In this document: piece after piece, positions 26,487 to 37,294 of the stretch
Layout: the number at the start of each line of letters is the position of its first letter
Position numbering within the stretch: the stretch's first letter is position 1
Source of the DNA: a virus
Lineage: Duplodnaviria; Caudoviricetes
Virus record (IMG/VR): IMGVR_UViG_3300013280_000006
Coordinates: 18,892 to 82,891 of that record
Reading direction: 5' to 3' (one strand)
DNA length: 64,000 bases
Position numbers and translations under genes: made by a program
The notes under the pieces: generated by a model
The model's input: the letters and a program-made list of their open reading frames with translations, nothing else
What the model was told of the DNA's origin: nothing
The model's database searches: none

Positions 26487-27077
26487 TTAACTAAACTGTA
26501 CACCCCACTTGATTCCAATCTGCATACCGTCCAGCTTAGTTAACGCTGACGGGAAGTAGAACCGCGCAAATACTATGTCGCCGCTAAATGCGTCTGTTGG
26601 CGTGGCTACAAGTGCTCCGCCGTACACTTTAGAGCCAGCTCCCTGGCTGAACGCAACCGAATGGTATCCAGCTGTTCCAGCTGTAGCAGAGAAGAACCTT
26701 ACGATATTTCCAGTGTATTTTGCAACATCAGACGAAGACCACAGCGGAGTCAAGTCTACCGGAGATCTAATGAAGTCTTGAGATCCAGTTAATCCAGAGT
26801 AGTAGCTTTGTCCTTCGCCAGGTAGAGGTGTGATGGACGGCACTACGCCGTTTGTGTACTCAAAGTACATCGTATTCACAATATACTTCGTGTCGCCACC
26901 GAGAAGTCTGGCAAGGATGTCGGCACCACGGTACAGAATCAAATTCCGAGGTACAGTGAATTGTGGAATCCACAGTCCAGAAGATTCCTGTACGTATCCA
27001 ATCTCCATTGGACCGCCAAAATAGCCTTCTACTTTTGTAATTAATTCTTGCATGCTTTGTTCACTTAAACGTAACAC
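26487..27077 (-). CDS. Tail-collar / baseplate wedge-associated protein
   Basis: NLILYRGADILARLLGG...FARFYFP...GIKWGVQF pattern; position between wedge and fibre genes. Confidence 0.55.
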   Translation of the reverse strand: MLRLSEQSMQELITKVEGYFGGPMEIGYVQESSGLWIPQFTVPRNLILYRGADILARLLGGDTKYIVNTMYFEYTNGVVPSITPLPGEGQSYYSGLTGSQDFIRSPVDLTPLWSSSDVAKYTGNIVRFFSATAGTAGYHSVAFSQGAGSKVYGGALVATPTDAFSGDIVFARFYFPSALTKLDGMQIGIKWGVQFS

Positions 27078-28555
27078 ATTGACGGTAATAGAGTAATTGT
27101 ACTCAAGTTGTAGCTTTCTCGCATTGATCCTTGATCAAGCTCCGCAAACAAAGTTGCCCCTACTTCTGTGGTGGCGTTATAGCTTGCGGTATACGACAGC
27201 GGAAGAGTTGCCAGTTCGGTTGCTAGACTCACCTCAACATCAAATATAAACAAAACGTGAGCTGGGGATATCTTGCGTAGAAATACCAGATTACTGGAAT
27301 TGTTTAGTAAGAACTCATCGGTACTCTTTAGTTTAATGAGTATCGAGTTTCCAGGAATCATGTAGTCTGTGTAGAAATGAAATGGATTTACTACGGCTTG
27401 AACCTGATCAGATCGAGGCTGCCCTGTGCCTGGTTGAGTTCTTATCGCCTGAGCAACAGACTTTCCAGAAGCCTTGCTGCGTGTGTAAACCTCATCCCAG
27501 AATTTATTTACGTCTGACTGAACTCCGCTGATTGGAAACGTGACCACGGCAAAGCCGTCATCGTCTTGTGAATAATTAATTGAGTGATTCTCGTTGTCGA
27601 AAAACAGAAAATCCTTAAATTGCACCCCATCAAACACTGGCTGTACGAACACACCAGAGATATCAGCATTCTTAATCTGTGAGTTCTCATAGATCTTTAC
27701 AGTATCTACGAGTATATCTCCGATACTAACCACATCTCCGACCTGAACGGTCGCTATTGCAGAGATTGGAAAACTGTAGCGATTCTTGTCAGTTGATATC
27801 ACTGTCTCTTCGAGGTCGTACTCGATCGAGGTCACAGTTTCGCCGTTTGATTTTACTACTGGAATTCCGACAATACTAGCGATTGCCGTTTGAACGCTCA
27901 GGCGATCTCCGGCTTTCATTATCGCATCAAACACAGTATTTACTAACGTTTTGTAGTGCTCTGAGCTTTTATTAGCGTACAACCCCAGCACATAACCAAA
28001 ATGGTTATACACTAACTTTGTGTCGACTTCTAGGTCATTCAGCCAAATAGATAATACACCTTCAGAGTCCACCGAAAACCCGGAGTTAAACGGATCTTTC
28101 GTAGTCTCGATGAAGTTGAGTTCGCTGTTGTAAGTGAAGTCGACACCTTCTACCCAAGTTACTGTTGGCTGTATCGGTCGATCATGTATGAATTTAATCG
28201 ATATTACATCGTCCGGAACACTAATTCTCCATACACCAATATCCTTAGCTTGCCCGAACACTAACGCACCGCCGAATACATTATCCTCGCCAAACTCATG
28301 AAATTGAGTGCTGGTTTGATCTATCTCTTCGGTGGTTCTTACTAGCTTTTTCCATCGTGTTTTGTGAAACACAGGGATTTCGAATCTTGACAGTGACGCG
28401 AGCGCTTCGGCCGCATCGAGTAGTGTCTGCTCGAATACTTCTACCTGTGCGTCGGATATCGCGGTGAGTGGTCCTGTGTCCGAAAATACCCCGGACCAAA
28501 ATGATCCGAGGTTACTGAGCAGAGTCGCTCCAAGATTTGACACATATTCAGCCAT
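27065..28555 (-). CDS. Baseplate wedge protein
   Basis: Follows baseplate J; FWS...YNHFGYVLG and C-terminal PAHV motif typical of wedge subunits. Confidence 0.65.
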   Translation of the reverse strand: MAEYVSNLGATLLSNLGSFWSGVFSDTGPLTAISDAQVEVFEQTLLDAAEALASLSRFEIPVFHKTRWKKLVRTTEEIDQTSTQFHEFGEDNVFGGALVFGQAKDIGVWRISVPDDVISIKFIHDRPIQPTVTWVEGVDFTYNSELNFIETTKDPFNSGFSVDSEGVLSIWLNDLEVDTKLVYNHFGYVLGLYANKSSEHYKTLVNTVFDAIMKAGDRLSVQTAIASIVGIPVVKSNGETVTSIEYDLEETVISTDKNRYSFPISAIATVQVGDVVSIGDILVDTVKIYENSQIKNADISGVFVQPVFDGVQFKDFLFFDNENHSINYSQDDDGFAVVTFPISGVQSDVNKFWDEVYTRSKASGKSVAQAIRTQPGTGQPRSDQVQAVVNPFHFYTDYMIPGNSILIKLKSTDEFLLNNSSNLVFLRKISPAHVLFIFDVEVSLATELATLPLSYTASYNATTEVGATLFAELDQGSMRESYNLSTITLLPSMCYV

Positions 28556-30240
28556 TACACACTCACATGGTCAGATGCTTGTACGTTTACCGTTATGAGC
28601 GACGAATCAGTAAAAAAGAATGATGTTCGTGGGCTTAGCTCTTTCGTGTACGCGCTTCCGGATAGTTTAAGCTCGTAATTGTTGAATATCCAGCCATCAG
28701 AATCAAACCACGTCTCCTGTGCTGTACATACTCTCCACGGTAAAAACACTCGACCACGCATTCCAATTGGAGTTTGTATTCTAGTCCTGGTTGGTAGCAA
28801 CTTTCTCACGGATGATAAAATTGCATCAGCCGATAAAACACCAGACTGGAAATCTACCGCATGTACTGCATCGATGACTGCCTGCTTCACAGCGTCTACA
28901 TCAACGTCAGGATCTCCTGGCCCACGTACGATACTTAGCTCAACCCCTACCATACACGGGATCGGGGCTCGTACCACGTAGTCACCGCCTACGTGACGAT
29001 TTCCTCGAGCCAGTACGTAGTCGTTGACTTCGGCTATTTGCGGCATATGCAGTACTTCAACAATAAACCTCTTTTGATTGTCTACCATGTCGTCAGCATT
29101 TGTTTCTGTGAAGTACACAGTCATGGTTTGGTATCTCGTGAATACCAGACCACCGCCGTAATTACCATCGACGATAAATCTAGGAGTTATGTCAACTCCT
29201 GGAATGCTAGATACGTCTTCGCTTCTATGTACGGAAAGTATGGTAGAAGTGAGATCAGGTCGACTCTCAGGTTTAATTGATAAGATATGGTAAATACCAG
29301 ACGGGTCGTCACCGTCTCTTTGAAATGTCATTGTCCACTGGCCGGTGTTGCTGTCGTAAGTAGCCAACTTGGTCAACTGCGTGGTTACTGGGGCTTTTCT
29401 GGTCCTGACATAAATGTCACCGCATCCAGCGGAGTCGATACCTAGAGCGTTCGCCCTACTTCTAACCATCTCACTATCTCCAGCTCCAATGATAGAAACA
29501 TCATCAACAGCTGGAAATTGAGATAAGATCATCGCCTTGGCTGCAACTCGACTACCAAGATTTTTCGTAGAGATTCCGCCGACTAGCCGTTCCATCAGCT
29601 GTTCATTTGATTCAGTATCGGAGCCGCCGTCAAAGTCAGAAACTGCCACAGCCGACACTACGCCAGGGACGTTACCAGATAACGTGAATACAGTATTTGC
29701 ACTCACGTTTCCATTTGTACCAGGTTCTACCGCAACTACATCAATGATAAAACTAAACTGATTCACTCCAAACGGTGTGATCAACCGTTGAGTCGGACCT
29801 CGCACCTCGGCTTCAGTTCTGACGCCGCTAAACGACCCCGTAGGAGCAAACACGACTCCATTGGATGAGAAGCGTAAAGAGTCTGCAATAGGCGTAAATC
29901 TATTCGCACTTAAGATGATGCGAACCTGTCCACCTGCGTTCGTGCCTTGCTTCCTCTCTACAAGATAGTTACTGGCTAGATTATTTAGAGCGGTTTCGTC
30001 TGCTAGTGTTGGATTCTCTGTGGCCGTTTTCAGAGAAGTAGCACTAAGTACACGATTAATGTTTTGCTGATTCAATCCGTGATATTGGGCGGCCAGACGA
30101 ACTACGAACTGAAACAATACCGAACTCGGACTTAAGTCGAGGTTTGGCTCTACAGCTTTTATGAAATCAACTAGAAAGCTCTCAATCTCAGAAACAGTTG
30201 TTGGTTCTAGTGATTCAAAGTCTTCAATGAGTACTGGCAT
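28555..30240 (-). CDS. Baseplate J-like (T4 gp6-like) wedge protein
   Basis: DLSPSSV, LNNLASNYLVERKQG, VVAVEPGTNGNV, GGSDTESNEQL motifs. Confidence 0.88.
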   Translation of the reverse strand: MPVLIEDFESLEPTTVSEIESFLVDFIKAVEPNLDLSPSSVLFQFVVRLAAQYHGLNQQNINRVLSATSLKTATENPTLADETALNNLASNYLVERKQGTNAGGQVRIILSANRFTPIADSLRFSSNGVVFAPTGSFSGVRTEAEVRGPTQRLITPFGVNQFSFIIDVVAVEPGTNGNVSANTVFTLSGNVPGVVSAVAVSDFDGGSDTESNEQLMERLVGGISTKNLGSRVAAKAMILSQFPAVDDVSIIGAGDSEMVRSRANALGIDSAGCGDIYVRTRKAPVTTQLTKLATYDSNTGQWTMTFQRDGDDPSGIYHILSIKPESRPDLTSTILSVHRSEDVSSIPGVDITPRFIVDGNYGGGLVFTRYQTMTVYFTETNADDMVDNQKRFIVEVLHMPQIAEVNDYVLARGNRHVGGDYVVRAPIPCMVGVELSIVRGPGDPDVDVDAVKQAVIDAVHAVDFQSGVLSADAILSSVRKLLPTRTRIQTPIGMRGRVFLPWRVCTAQETWFDSDGWIFNNYELKLSGSAYTKELSPRTSFFFTDSSLITVNVQASDHVSV

Positions 30241-30695
30241 TATTTAGGAGCTCCTACTGCAAGCGGCACAGTGTAGTCTCTGTTTACCCCGTCAGCGGTG
30301 AGAAGTCTGATCTGCATAATTAGTGTTCCATCAAGTTTAGCAAGCTCTAGCAACTCGGCAGTAGTGATCAGTTCGTCGCTTGGTATATTTCTTACATCTA
30401 AGTTGGCGTTATTCCATTCTCCGATATTTTTAACTGACTCCGCGAATATACCGCGAATTCGATCGTTATCACCAAGATTAGCAAAACGTAGCTGCGTCAG
30501 AAATGGTGTTCCGAATGTTGGGTCAGAAAAAACAGTTCCACGCTCTGTTAACAACTGCGTTAGCCATTGCTGCACAGCTTTCTGAACTCCAGTAACAGAG
30601 AGCCCAACCTGGCCAAACGCCAGATCTATCATCGAAGGCTCCAAAGAGCCGACAACAGGTAAGTTCTGCATGATCAGCAAATCAAGTGACGCCAT
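30240..30695 (-). CDS. gp25/GpW-like baseplate (sheath initiator) protein
   Basis: VTGVQKAVQQWLTQLLTERGT...PTFGT motif; precedes baseplate J. Confidence 0.8.
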   Translation of the reverse strand: MASLDLLIMQNLPVVGSLEPSMIDLAFGQVGLSVTGVQKAVQQWLTQLLTERGTVFSDPTFGTPFLTQLRFANLGDNDRIRGIFAESVKNIGEWNNANLDVRNIPSDELITTAELLELAKLDGTLIMQIRLLTADGVNRDYTVPLAVGAPK

Positions 30696-31101
30696 TTGGT
30701 CCGTCTCCTGCGAGTCGCTTGGCTGGTCCGGTCACACACATGTTTATCGGCCCATCTGGCTCACTCTGCCGCTGACGCTTGCTTGCCTCTAATGTGATGG
30801 CCCTAATTCGAGTTGTGTTCTCGGCAATGAAGCTTCTTTTCAAGCTGGCAATTAAGTCATTCTGCATCTTGGCAGATGCTCGTCCTGCTTTCGTTGTAGC
30901 AGCTAGAAACAACTTGCCAACCTCTTCGGTGCTAAAAAACGTATCCGGATCTGCAACAGTCGGAGTCTCATCAGTATGAAAATAGTTAAGAGACGGTCGT
31001 TGCTCAGAGTCTCTTCCGATCAAAGAACCAGCAAGCTGACGATTCGCAGCCATGAGATAATCACCGATGCGTTTTTCAAATACTGAGGATAATCCAGACA
31101 T
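30682..31101 (-). CDS. Hypothetical protein
   Basis: 139-aa ORF coupled between the sigma and gp25-like genes. Confidence 0.7.
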   Translation of the reverse strand: MSGLSSVFEKRIGDYLMAANRQLAGSLIGRDSEQRPSLNYFHTDETPTVADPDTFFSTEEVGKLFLAATTKAGRASAKMQNDLIASLKRSFIAENTTRIRAITLEASKRQRQSEPDGPINMCVTGPAKRLAGDGPNGVT

Positions 31102-31952
31102 TAGATCTTACCTTCCATATCCATTCCGCGAGCTAATGCTGCGGCTATTTTATTGCTACGCTGCGATACTGCAGCTGAGGACAACTTTAGTTTCTTGGCT
31201 ACTTCGATTACAGATAGCGGTTTGCCTGCGTACGAGCCACGACCCAACCTCATATTGAAGATCTGCTTATCAACCGGATCTAGGTCATTATAGACATATT
31301 CCGCCCAAACGTTTTGCCATTCGTTACTATCGACACCTGGAACATACGAAGAGGATTCGCCATCGTTACTGTCAATCAACTCAAATTGACCTTCATTGAG
31401 TACTGGAACCGCGAGTTTTCTAACGTATGCAATTCTTTTCTTCGATATTCCCGTAGCGTCCGCTACTTCATCATCATCCGGTTCACGATTGTTTACACTT
31501 TTAAATTCATCTATAGCCCGCAGAATTTTAAAGTTGTCAATCCTAACCCGTTCTGGCAACTTCATCGGTGTAAGCTCTTGCTGATACCTACGTAAACCTT
31601 GCATGTTCGTTGATACCCAACTCTTCAACGACGACTCATTGGCGGGATCGTACGATTTAATGGACTCGATCGCGATCTTCTTTGCGTAGTTTCGCATGAT
31701 CGGGTTAGTCACCCCTCCGCCGAACGAAGTTAGCGCATTGTTGATGGTCGGCTGCAGACGCCTGAGAACACTGCTCATAGTCTGCGGAGATGGAGAATAC
31801 TTCCACATCTTATATGAATTTAAAACTACATCGTCACCATCGATTTCGGCTGGTTTTGCTTTTGCTGCTGACGCAAAATCGCTGTTATCCGTGCCCTTAC
31901 GCATGGACCTAAACCGAGTCAAAATATCGGGCGTATTTGGTTCGAGTGGCAT
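31101..31952 (-). CDS. Sigma70-family RNA polymerase sigma factor (regions 2-4)
   Basis: SIKSYDP..SSLKSW (region 2), REPDDDEVADATGIS (region 3), LDPVDKQIFNMRLG...LSVIEVAKKLKLSSAAVSQ (region 4 HTH). Confidence 0.85.
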   Translation of the reverse strand: MPLEPNTPDILTRFRSMRKGTDNSDFASAAKAKPAEIDGDDVVLNSYKMWKYSPSPQTMSSVLRRLQPTINNALTSFGGGVTNPIMRNYAKKIAIESIKSYDPANESSLKSWVSTNMQGLRRYQQELTPMKLPERVRIDNFKILRAIDEFKSVNNREPDDDEVADATGISKKRIAYVRKLAVPVLNEGQFELIDSNDGESSSYVPGVDSNEWQNVWAEYVYNDLDPVDKQIFNMRLGRGSYAGKPLSVIEVAKKLKLSSAAVSQRSNKIAAALARGMDMEGKI

Positions 31953-31953
31953 A

Positions 31954-33984
31954 TCAATTCGGCCTGAGTAGGGCAAATCCGGTGTTATCGCTGGATTCTG
32001 GTTGTGCTCTAGAGAATACTATTTTATCAGTTTCTGGTTTTAAGTCAGAGTCCGTCAGCCGAACAAGAGGGCAACCTATCCACCGTGATTGAACTGAGTA
32101 CATTGGGTGCTCATAATTAAATACTTCGTTATCGATATCTTTATCAGTTCTTACGTGCGATAGCGCTATCAGTGTTGTGCCACGTCCGCTGGGAGCGTCG
32201 ATCGACACTTCTACTGAACTGACACATCCGTAGAAAACACTCGGAGTAGTTGTGAATCTGTTTTGCGGTACGTCGAGCCCTTCTAGCTTGATATACGATC
32301 CTGGGCCTATGTCTAGACGTAGCGGTGTCTGCACAACCATGCTTTTTGGCATAGCGTGTAAATGCGACCAATATGCCCTAGCCAGTAAGCACGACATTTG
32401 CTTGTAAGCAGTTAGAACTTCACCCTTGGCCGAGATTATAGTTTTTTTAAACACGTCATCGACTCTAGAGTCCGTATCTGATGCAGACACTCCTGCGGTC
32501 TGTAGTTGTTGCAACCAATCCGGTAGCTGCATAAGTAGAATTTGCCCGTTGCCTGATCCTATATACGCCGAGTTGATGTTCAGCGGAGAATCAGAGTTTA
32601 TCTCTACATTTCCAGCTGCTGGATTAAGCGCAGTTCCTGGGCTGTTTGCCTTATCAAATAAGTCGGACTCAGTGGAGGATCTTGGCTGAACACCTATAAA
32701 CACAATTCCTGAGACTGACCCAGGAAAGTTTACCGTGCTATCAAAACTAAGCACATCACGTCTTGATAGGGTTCTCCAAATAGTAGTAGGGTGAAAAGTT
32801 GCATTCAAAGCAACTGTAGCAATGGATCTTACGTTGGGAATAAAAGCTAGTCGGAAGTTTGGCCCCAACATTAGCATTTTATCTAAAATGGATTGCGATC
32901 CAGTAGAACTCCAACATGCTCTGCTTATTGCGTCTGCAATACTGTTATACAGTTGCGGGTTGGCCAGCAACAGATTCGCTGGAATGTCAGCTACTGGAAT
33001 TTCCGCCGAGTTATTCATGTGATAACTGTAGTCTGGTTTTTTACTAAGTTGGGCGCTGTCTGTCAGAGCGATGAACCTCTCCGCTGGTGATCGGAATCCT
33101 ATTTCTTTTGTCAATCGATCGCGAATGAGATACATCTCCGACTCGGATCTACACGGAAGACCAGTAAGTATCTCAAGCGCAGCCGCGTTACCTGGATACG
33201 GGCCATCTTTGTTTAGTGTGATTCCGTAATTGGCTAAAAACTGCGCTTTAGCTTTATCGGACACAGTACATTGATTATTCTGCAGCTGAAATAACACCTC
33301 GTTGAATACGGATTCATTATTACGTCGATCAGAGTCAAACGGAAGTGCTAGAAGGACAAGAGACGGAAGAATCGCGTTATACCATAAATCCGCAGCTTCA
33401 CCATCACGATTTAAAAGCTCTCCGACTAAGCCGCCAAACGCAGCCGCATTTACTTCCACTGTTTGCTGTGCAACATCTGCCGTCAGAGACAGATTAGGTG
33501 CCACCAATAAGTTCGCAAGATCTGATTTGATAAAACTTTTAGAAATAGCGGCTCCGTAGTCTAAGCGTTTAGACCAGTGGGCGCTGTCGATAGAGATACT
33601 TGCCGATGTTGCACTTCGCTTCGGCTTTACTGCGATAATTTGACCATACCAGATTAGATGGATACCTGGCGGCCATGCGTTATCTTTTGAGTAGTATCCG
33701 GTGGCCTCCAGGTAGACTTCAACAAAAGTAAATTCATCAAGTTTGTCCACGACGTCATGAATTGCTGACGGTTTTTGATTCTTGTCCGCAGCTACACCAA
33801 TTGCAATCTCCAGGCGGGCAGACGGCACGGTGCCGAGATCTGAATCAAACTTCATATTGAATTGTGTTACTGGAACCTCGATTCGCTGTCCAGAATCGGA
33901 AAGAATGACAACTGCGTACAAGCGGTAAGATGCTGGTACTACAGTGGGGGCGTCCTTGGTTTGAGGTTTAAGTATGTTTGCCAT
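31954..33984 (-). CDS. Baseplate hub protein (gp27/gpD-like)
   Basis: Position after the TMP and tube-initiator-like gene; C-terminal PLRLDIGPG...YGCVSSVEVSID pattern of hub proteins. Confidence 0.6.
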   Translation of the reverse strand: MANILKPQTKDAPTVVPASYRLYAVVILSDSGQRIEVPVTQFNMKFDSDLGTVPSARLEIAIGVAADKNQKPSAIHDVVDKLDEFTFVEVYLEATGYYSKDNAWPPGIHLIWYGQIIAVKPKRSATSASISIDSAHWSKRLDYGAAISKSFIKSDLANLLVAPNLSLTADVAQQTVEVNAAAFGGLVGELLNRDGEAADLWYNAILPSLVLLALPFDSDRRNNESVFNEVLFQLQNNQCTVSDKAKAQFLANYGITLNKDGPYPGNAAALEILTGLPCRSESEMYLIRDRLTKEIGFRSPAERFIALTDSAQLSKKPDYSYHMNNSAEIPVADIPANLLLANPQLYNSIADAISRACWSSTGSQSILDKMLMLGPNFRLAFIPNVRSIATVALNATFHPTTIWRTLSRRDVLSFDSTVNFPGSVSGIVFIGVQPRSSTESDLFDKANSPGTALNPAAGNVEINSDSPLNINSAYIGSGNGQILLMQLPDWLQQLQTAGVSASDTDSRVDDVFKKTIISAKGEVLTAYKQMSCLLARAYWSHLHAMPKSMVVQTPLRLDIGPGSYIKLEGLDVPQNRFTTTPSVFYGCVSSVEVSIDAPSGRGTTLIALSHVRTDKDIDNEVFNYEHPMYSVQSRWIGCPLVRLTDSDLKPETDKIVFSRAQPESSDNTGFALLRPN

Positions 33985-34454
33985 TAGACAGCCGCTGAGA
34001 CAAGAGACATTCGAAACTTAGCTATTCTTGTAGCCGGATCATCAATTGTTAGTTCCATGCCAACTAAGAAACCTGTTAGTACTTCTCCGGCCATATTGAC
34101 CTGAACTTGTGGAATTGTGCTCTGCTTTAAAGTTATTTTGTTGTTTCTGTAAAACTGAAAAAATTGGGCTATGCCGACTTTGCCGCCGTCACACAGCTCT
34201 GGAAACGCTATACCTGTAATAGTTATTTCTGTTGGCTTATCTCCGAATGCGAACAGGTAGATCACGTCATCGAGTGAAGGTTCCATTTGGTAATTAGCGG
34301 CTGCGCTGAAACTTATACCAGTGATCACCGCAAAGTCGGCTTCATCAAGATACTGATTGTTATCCAGTTTCAAACGAACACTTGCAGGATACGCACGTGT
34401 CGTAGACTGCACCACTCGTTTAACGCGATATTCTGAATCTAGAAATATGTCCAT
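33984..34454 (-). CDS. Tail-tube-initiator-like baseplate protein
   Basis: Tube-fold-like sequence (YLFAFGDKPTEITITG) immediately after the TMP. Confidence 0.5.
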   Translation of the reverse strand: MDIFLDSEYRVKRVVQSTTRAYPASVRLKLDNNQYLDEADFAVITGISFSAAANYQMEPSLDDVIYLFAFGDKPTEITITGIAFPELCDGGKVGIAQFFQFYRNNKITLKQSTIPQVQVNMAGEVLTGFLVGMELTIDDPATRIAKFRMSLVSAAV

Positions 34455-34464
34455 GGTGTCTTAC

Positions 34465-36852
34465 TCACGTTGCTGGCGGATCGCGTGGTATGGCCGCTAC
34501 CGGGCCGTGCATAAGTCCAACTATCTGATTAATCGCCAATAATATCTGTTCAGTATTATCTGACGTTTTTAATGTAGCTTGGCTGACCGCCTTTTCGTCA
34601 GCTTCTTTTTTATCCTTGGCGTCTTTCTCTTGTTTAGCTTTAGTCTCTTCGGCTTTTTCCTTAGCTTCTGCTTTGTCTCTCAACGTCTTAATTATATCTT
34701 GAGCAGGGATGCCTCCATCCTTAAACTGCTTGATTATCGAGTTCATCTCATCCATGTCACTCGTTGCCATCCCAGCTAACAGACGAGCAACAGCTTGTTT
34801 TTCCTGCGGGGTGCCACTGGAGAGTAGCCTGTTGATCTCATCAAACAAACCGGGATCGTCGTCCCCTCTTTCCAGCAATGTACCGAGCAGAACAGATCTT
34901 TGGGCTCCGCCGCCAAGTAGCGCACGGAAAAATTCTGAACCCGTACGAGCTCTTGCGATATCTGCAAACATTCCTTCGGTAGCGCTAAGTCCGCCGAACA
35001 ACTTAGTCAATCGTCCAGTGATGTTCGATGCTGCATCTACACTAGACAACTCAGATGTTATCTGGTTTCGATACAAATCAAGCAGAGCTTCTTGTGTAGT
35101 TCTACCGCCGCGACCGCCGCCAGAGAAAACCCTAAGCTGGGCTCTGAAGGTGTCTATAGATCTTCCGTCTAGAAACTTAGTTAGGTTATTGTCGTTTAAC
35201 GCCGCCTCGAAAGAAGTAACATCGCCTCGACCATAGCCGTAGGCGGCAGATATGTTGAGTAGTGTGTTCAATTCTTCGTCAGTGGCACCCTGCAGCCCGA
35301 GAGACGACCGTAGTCGCGTAGAAATGATGTCTGTGCGTTCTTGCAACTGCATGGCCTGAATACCCTGCGTAATTCCAGGGAACTGAGTTAGTAGACTTTG
35401 CGCGGCAGCGCGGTCAGCGACTAACTGCATAGCAGTACGCTGATCAACACCTGTTAGTCCGCTGAAAGCTGTAGCAACATCTCGCTGGTTGTTGAAAAGA
35501 CGGCGGTCACCGCCAGCAGGTTCGCCTCTTGAGATTCTGACCGCAGCCTCGAGAATAGAATCCCCGGCTGCAATAACATCAATAAACTGACCAGTACATG
35601 CGGCACGATCAGACAAGGCTCCAACAATGTTTGCTACGTTTGTGGCGAGGAGACTGCCGCTTGCTGATAGCGCTTGTTTTAGAGAGGTGTTCTGGAACGA
35701 CGTCGCGTCACGATCCACCCCAAACACACGACCACCCGATCTTTGAAGGCTCAGCGAATACAAACTTGCTCCAGCCTTTCCTGCGGTGATGCTATTTAAC
35801 GCGGCATCAATAGCGTTGGATTTATTCAGTCCGGCAGATTCGGCTAGACTGGCGGCAGTGTCAATTATGGAAATCAGAGATTCAACCGCGATTCCGGCCG
35901 TATCCTCTAACTCCTTAAGTTTGGCCACTCTAGCTGTCAGTTGTGTACTGGAGATATTACCCAGTTCTCCGCCAGTAATTCTTTGAAGAAGGTTTGCGGC
36001 CTCACCAGCGTCTGTGACTCCAAGCTGATCACGCACAAGTGACATTGCTGGTAGAAATTCACGAATCGCTGCGGACGCTCTTTCTCCTGCAACTCTTCCG
36101 ATAAGTGCCGAGTCAGCAGGCGATCCTGTCAAACTTCGTGCCAATGCGTCGGTGTAATCTAGCGAGATAATACCTCGCGCAGCCAGACGACTTGCGATAT
36201 CGGCTTGTTGGTTAACCGAAAACCCTTGCGCTGCTACTGGATCAGAAAATTCGTTATCCCTAAAACCAGCTCCCTTAGCAAAGGCTCTGCTGAACTCAGC
36301 GATCATGTCTGAGTCCACCATTGGTCCACCTCGACCAAAACTTTGATTCATCAATTTTGCCGTTGAGTACGAATACGAGGTGTACGGGAAGATAGAACTG
36401 AGATCCAAACCCACCATCGACATAATCATTTGTGCATATGGGTTATTTGCAAACTCAGTAACGGCTTTAGCAGAGCCCTCTGGGTCACGGACTTTCGCTA
36501 AACGGAGTATAGAGGTCAGTCGAGCTGCTTCTATGTCAACGAGATCTTTTCGAGATCTCATGACATTCATCATTTGTTGAGTTTGTTGTTGGTTAAAACT
36601 ATAGTTAAAGTAACTAGAGGGTGCAAACGGGTTTCTCATCATTGCATTGCCGCCACCCATCATGGAGTTCATAAATGGGAGCATGCTTTGAATTACTTGA
36701 TCCCCTTGCGGTCCTAGGAGACCAGAGAGAAATGATGGAGTAAACGGTATAGAATATCCACGGCTCGAGCCATAAATAGAACGACCATTCGGAGCATCCC
36801 AAATTGACGTTGTTGGTTGGAATGGAGAAAGATATGGATTGTTATCGAACAT
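34465..36852 (-). CDS. Tape measure protein
   Basis: 795 aa, Ala/Gly/Leu-rich and helical; follows the tail chaperones. Confidence 0.75.
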   Translation of the reverse strand: MFDNNPYLSPFQPTTSIWDAPNGRSIYGSSRGYSIPFTPSFLSGLLGPQGDQVIQSMLPFMNSMMGGGNAMMRNPFAPSSYFNYSFNQQQTQQMMNVMRSRKDLVDIEAARLTSILRLAKVRDPEGSAKAVTEFANNPYAQMIMSMVGLDLSSIFPYTSYSYSTAKLMNQSFGRGGPMVDSDMIAEFSRAFAKGAGFRDNEFSDPVAAQGFSVNQQADIASRLAARGIISLDYTDALARSLTGSPADSALIGRVAGERASAAIREFLPAMSLVRDQLGVTDAGEAANLLQRITGGELGNISSTQLTARVAKLKELEDTAGIAVESLISIIDTAASLAESAGLNKSNAIDAALNSITAGKAGASLYSLSLQRSGGRVFGVDRDATSFQNTSLKQALSASGSLLATNVANIVGALSDRAACTGQFIDVIAAGDSILEAAVRISRGEPAGGDRRLFNNQRDVATAFSGLTGVDQRTAMQLVADRAAAQSLLTQFPGITQGIQAMQLQERTDIISTRLRSSLGLQGATDEELNTLLNISAAYGYGRGDVTSFEAALNDNNLTKFLDGRSIDTFRAQLRVFSGGGRGGRTTQEALLDLYRNQITSELSSVDAASNITGRLTKLFGGLSATEGMFADIARARTGSEFFRALLGGGAQRSVLLGTLLERGDDDPGLFDEINRLLSSGTPQEKQAVARLLAGMATSDMDEMNSIIKQFKDGGIPAQDIIKTLRDKAEAKEKAEETKAKQEKDAKDKKEADEKAVSQATLKTSDNTEQILLAINQIVGLMHGPVAAIPRDPPAT

Positions 36853-37294
36853 TGTTTACTACCGTGGCACCCTCTGGCATATCTTTCTTTGCCAGCATGT
36901 TTTTGTATTCGTTTATTTTCTTCTGTACTGCTGGATCATCTAGTTTCCCGAATGCCGCCTCCCATCTCTTTAACAGATCTTTTGTGTCAGCCTCGTCTAA
37001 GTGATGATCTTCATTTTTACTCCACTCGAGCCACGGGGCGACAATCGTACCAACGCGTTTAAATGCTTCGTTTGCATCGATGGCAATAGCCTTTATCACA
37101 TCCACAGCGCGATCACCCTGTGGAGAGAACCCAAGCGCACTGCACTTTCTTAAATATACTAAAGTTGAGAGTTTTTCGTATAGCCGAACTTCCAGCTCTT
37201 CAAATATTAGTTTCTCACGTAAAATATCTCGCAAGTTCAAAGCGTTGAACTTGCGATAATCAATCAGCTTATTTGCATGAGCCTCCATGATCAT
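36842..37294 (-). CDS. Tail assembly chaperone, C-terminal (GT-like) ORF
   Basis: In the -1 frame relative to the upstream chaperone; ATG 37294 overlaps its TGA; directly upstream of the TMP. Confidence 0.6.
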   Translation of the reverse strand: MIMEAHANKLIDYRKFNALNLRDILREKLIFEELEVRLYEKLSTLVYLRKCSALGFSPQGDRAVDVIKAIAIDANEAFKRVGTIVAPWLEWSKNEDHHLDEADTKDLLKRWEAAFGKLDDPAVQKKINEYKNMLAKKDMPEGATVVNNVR

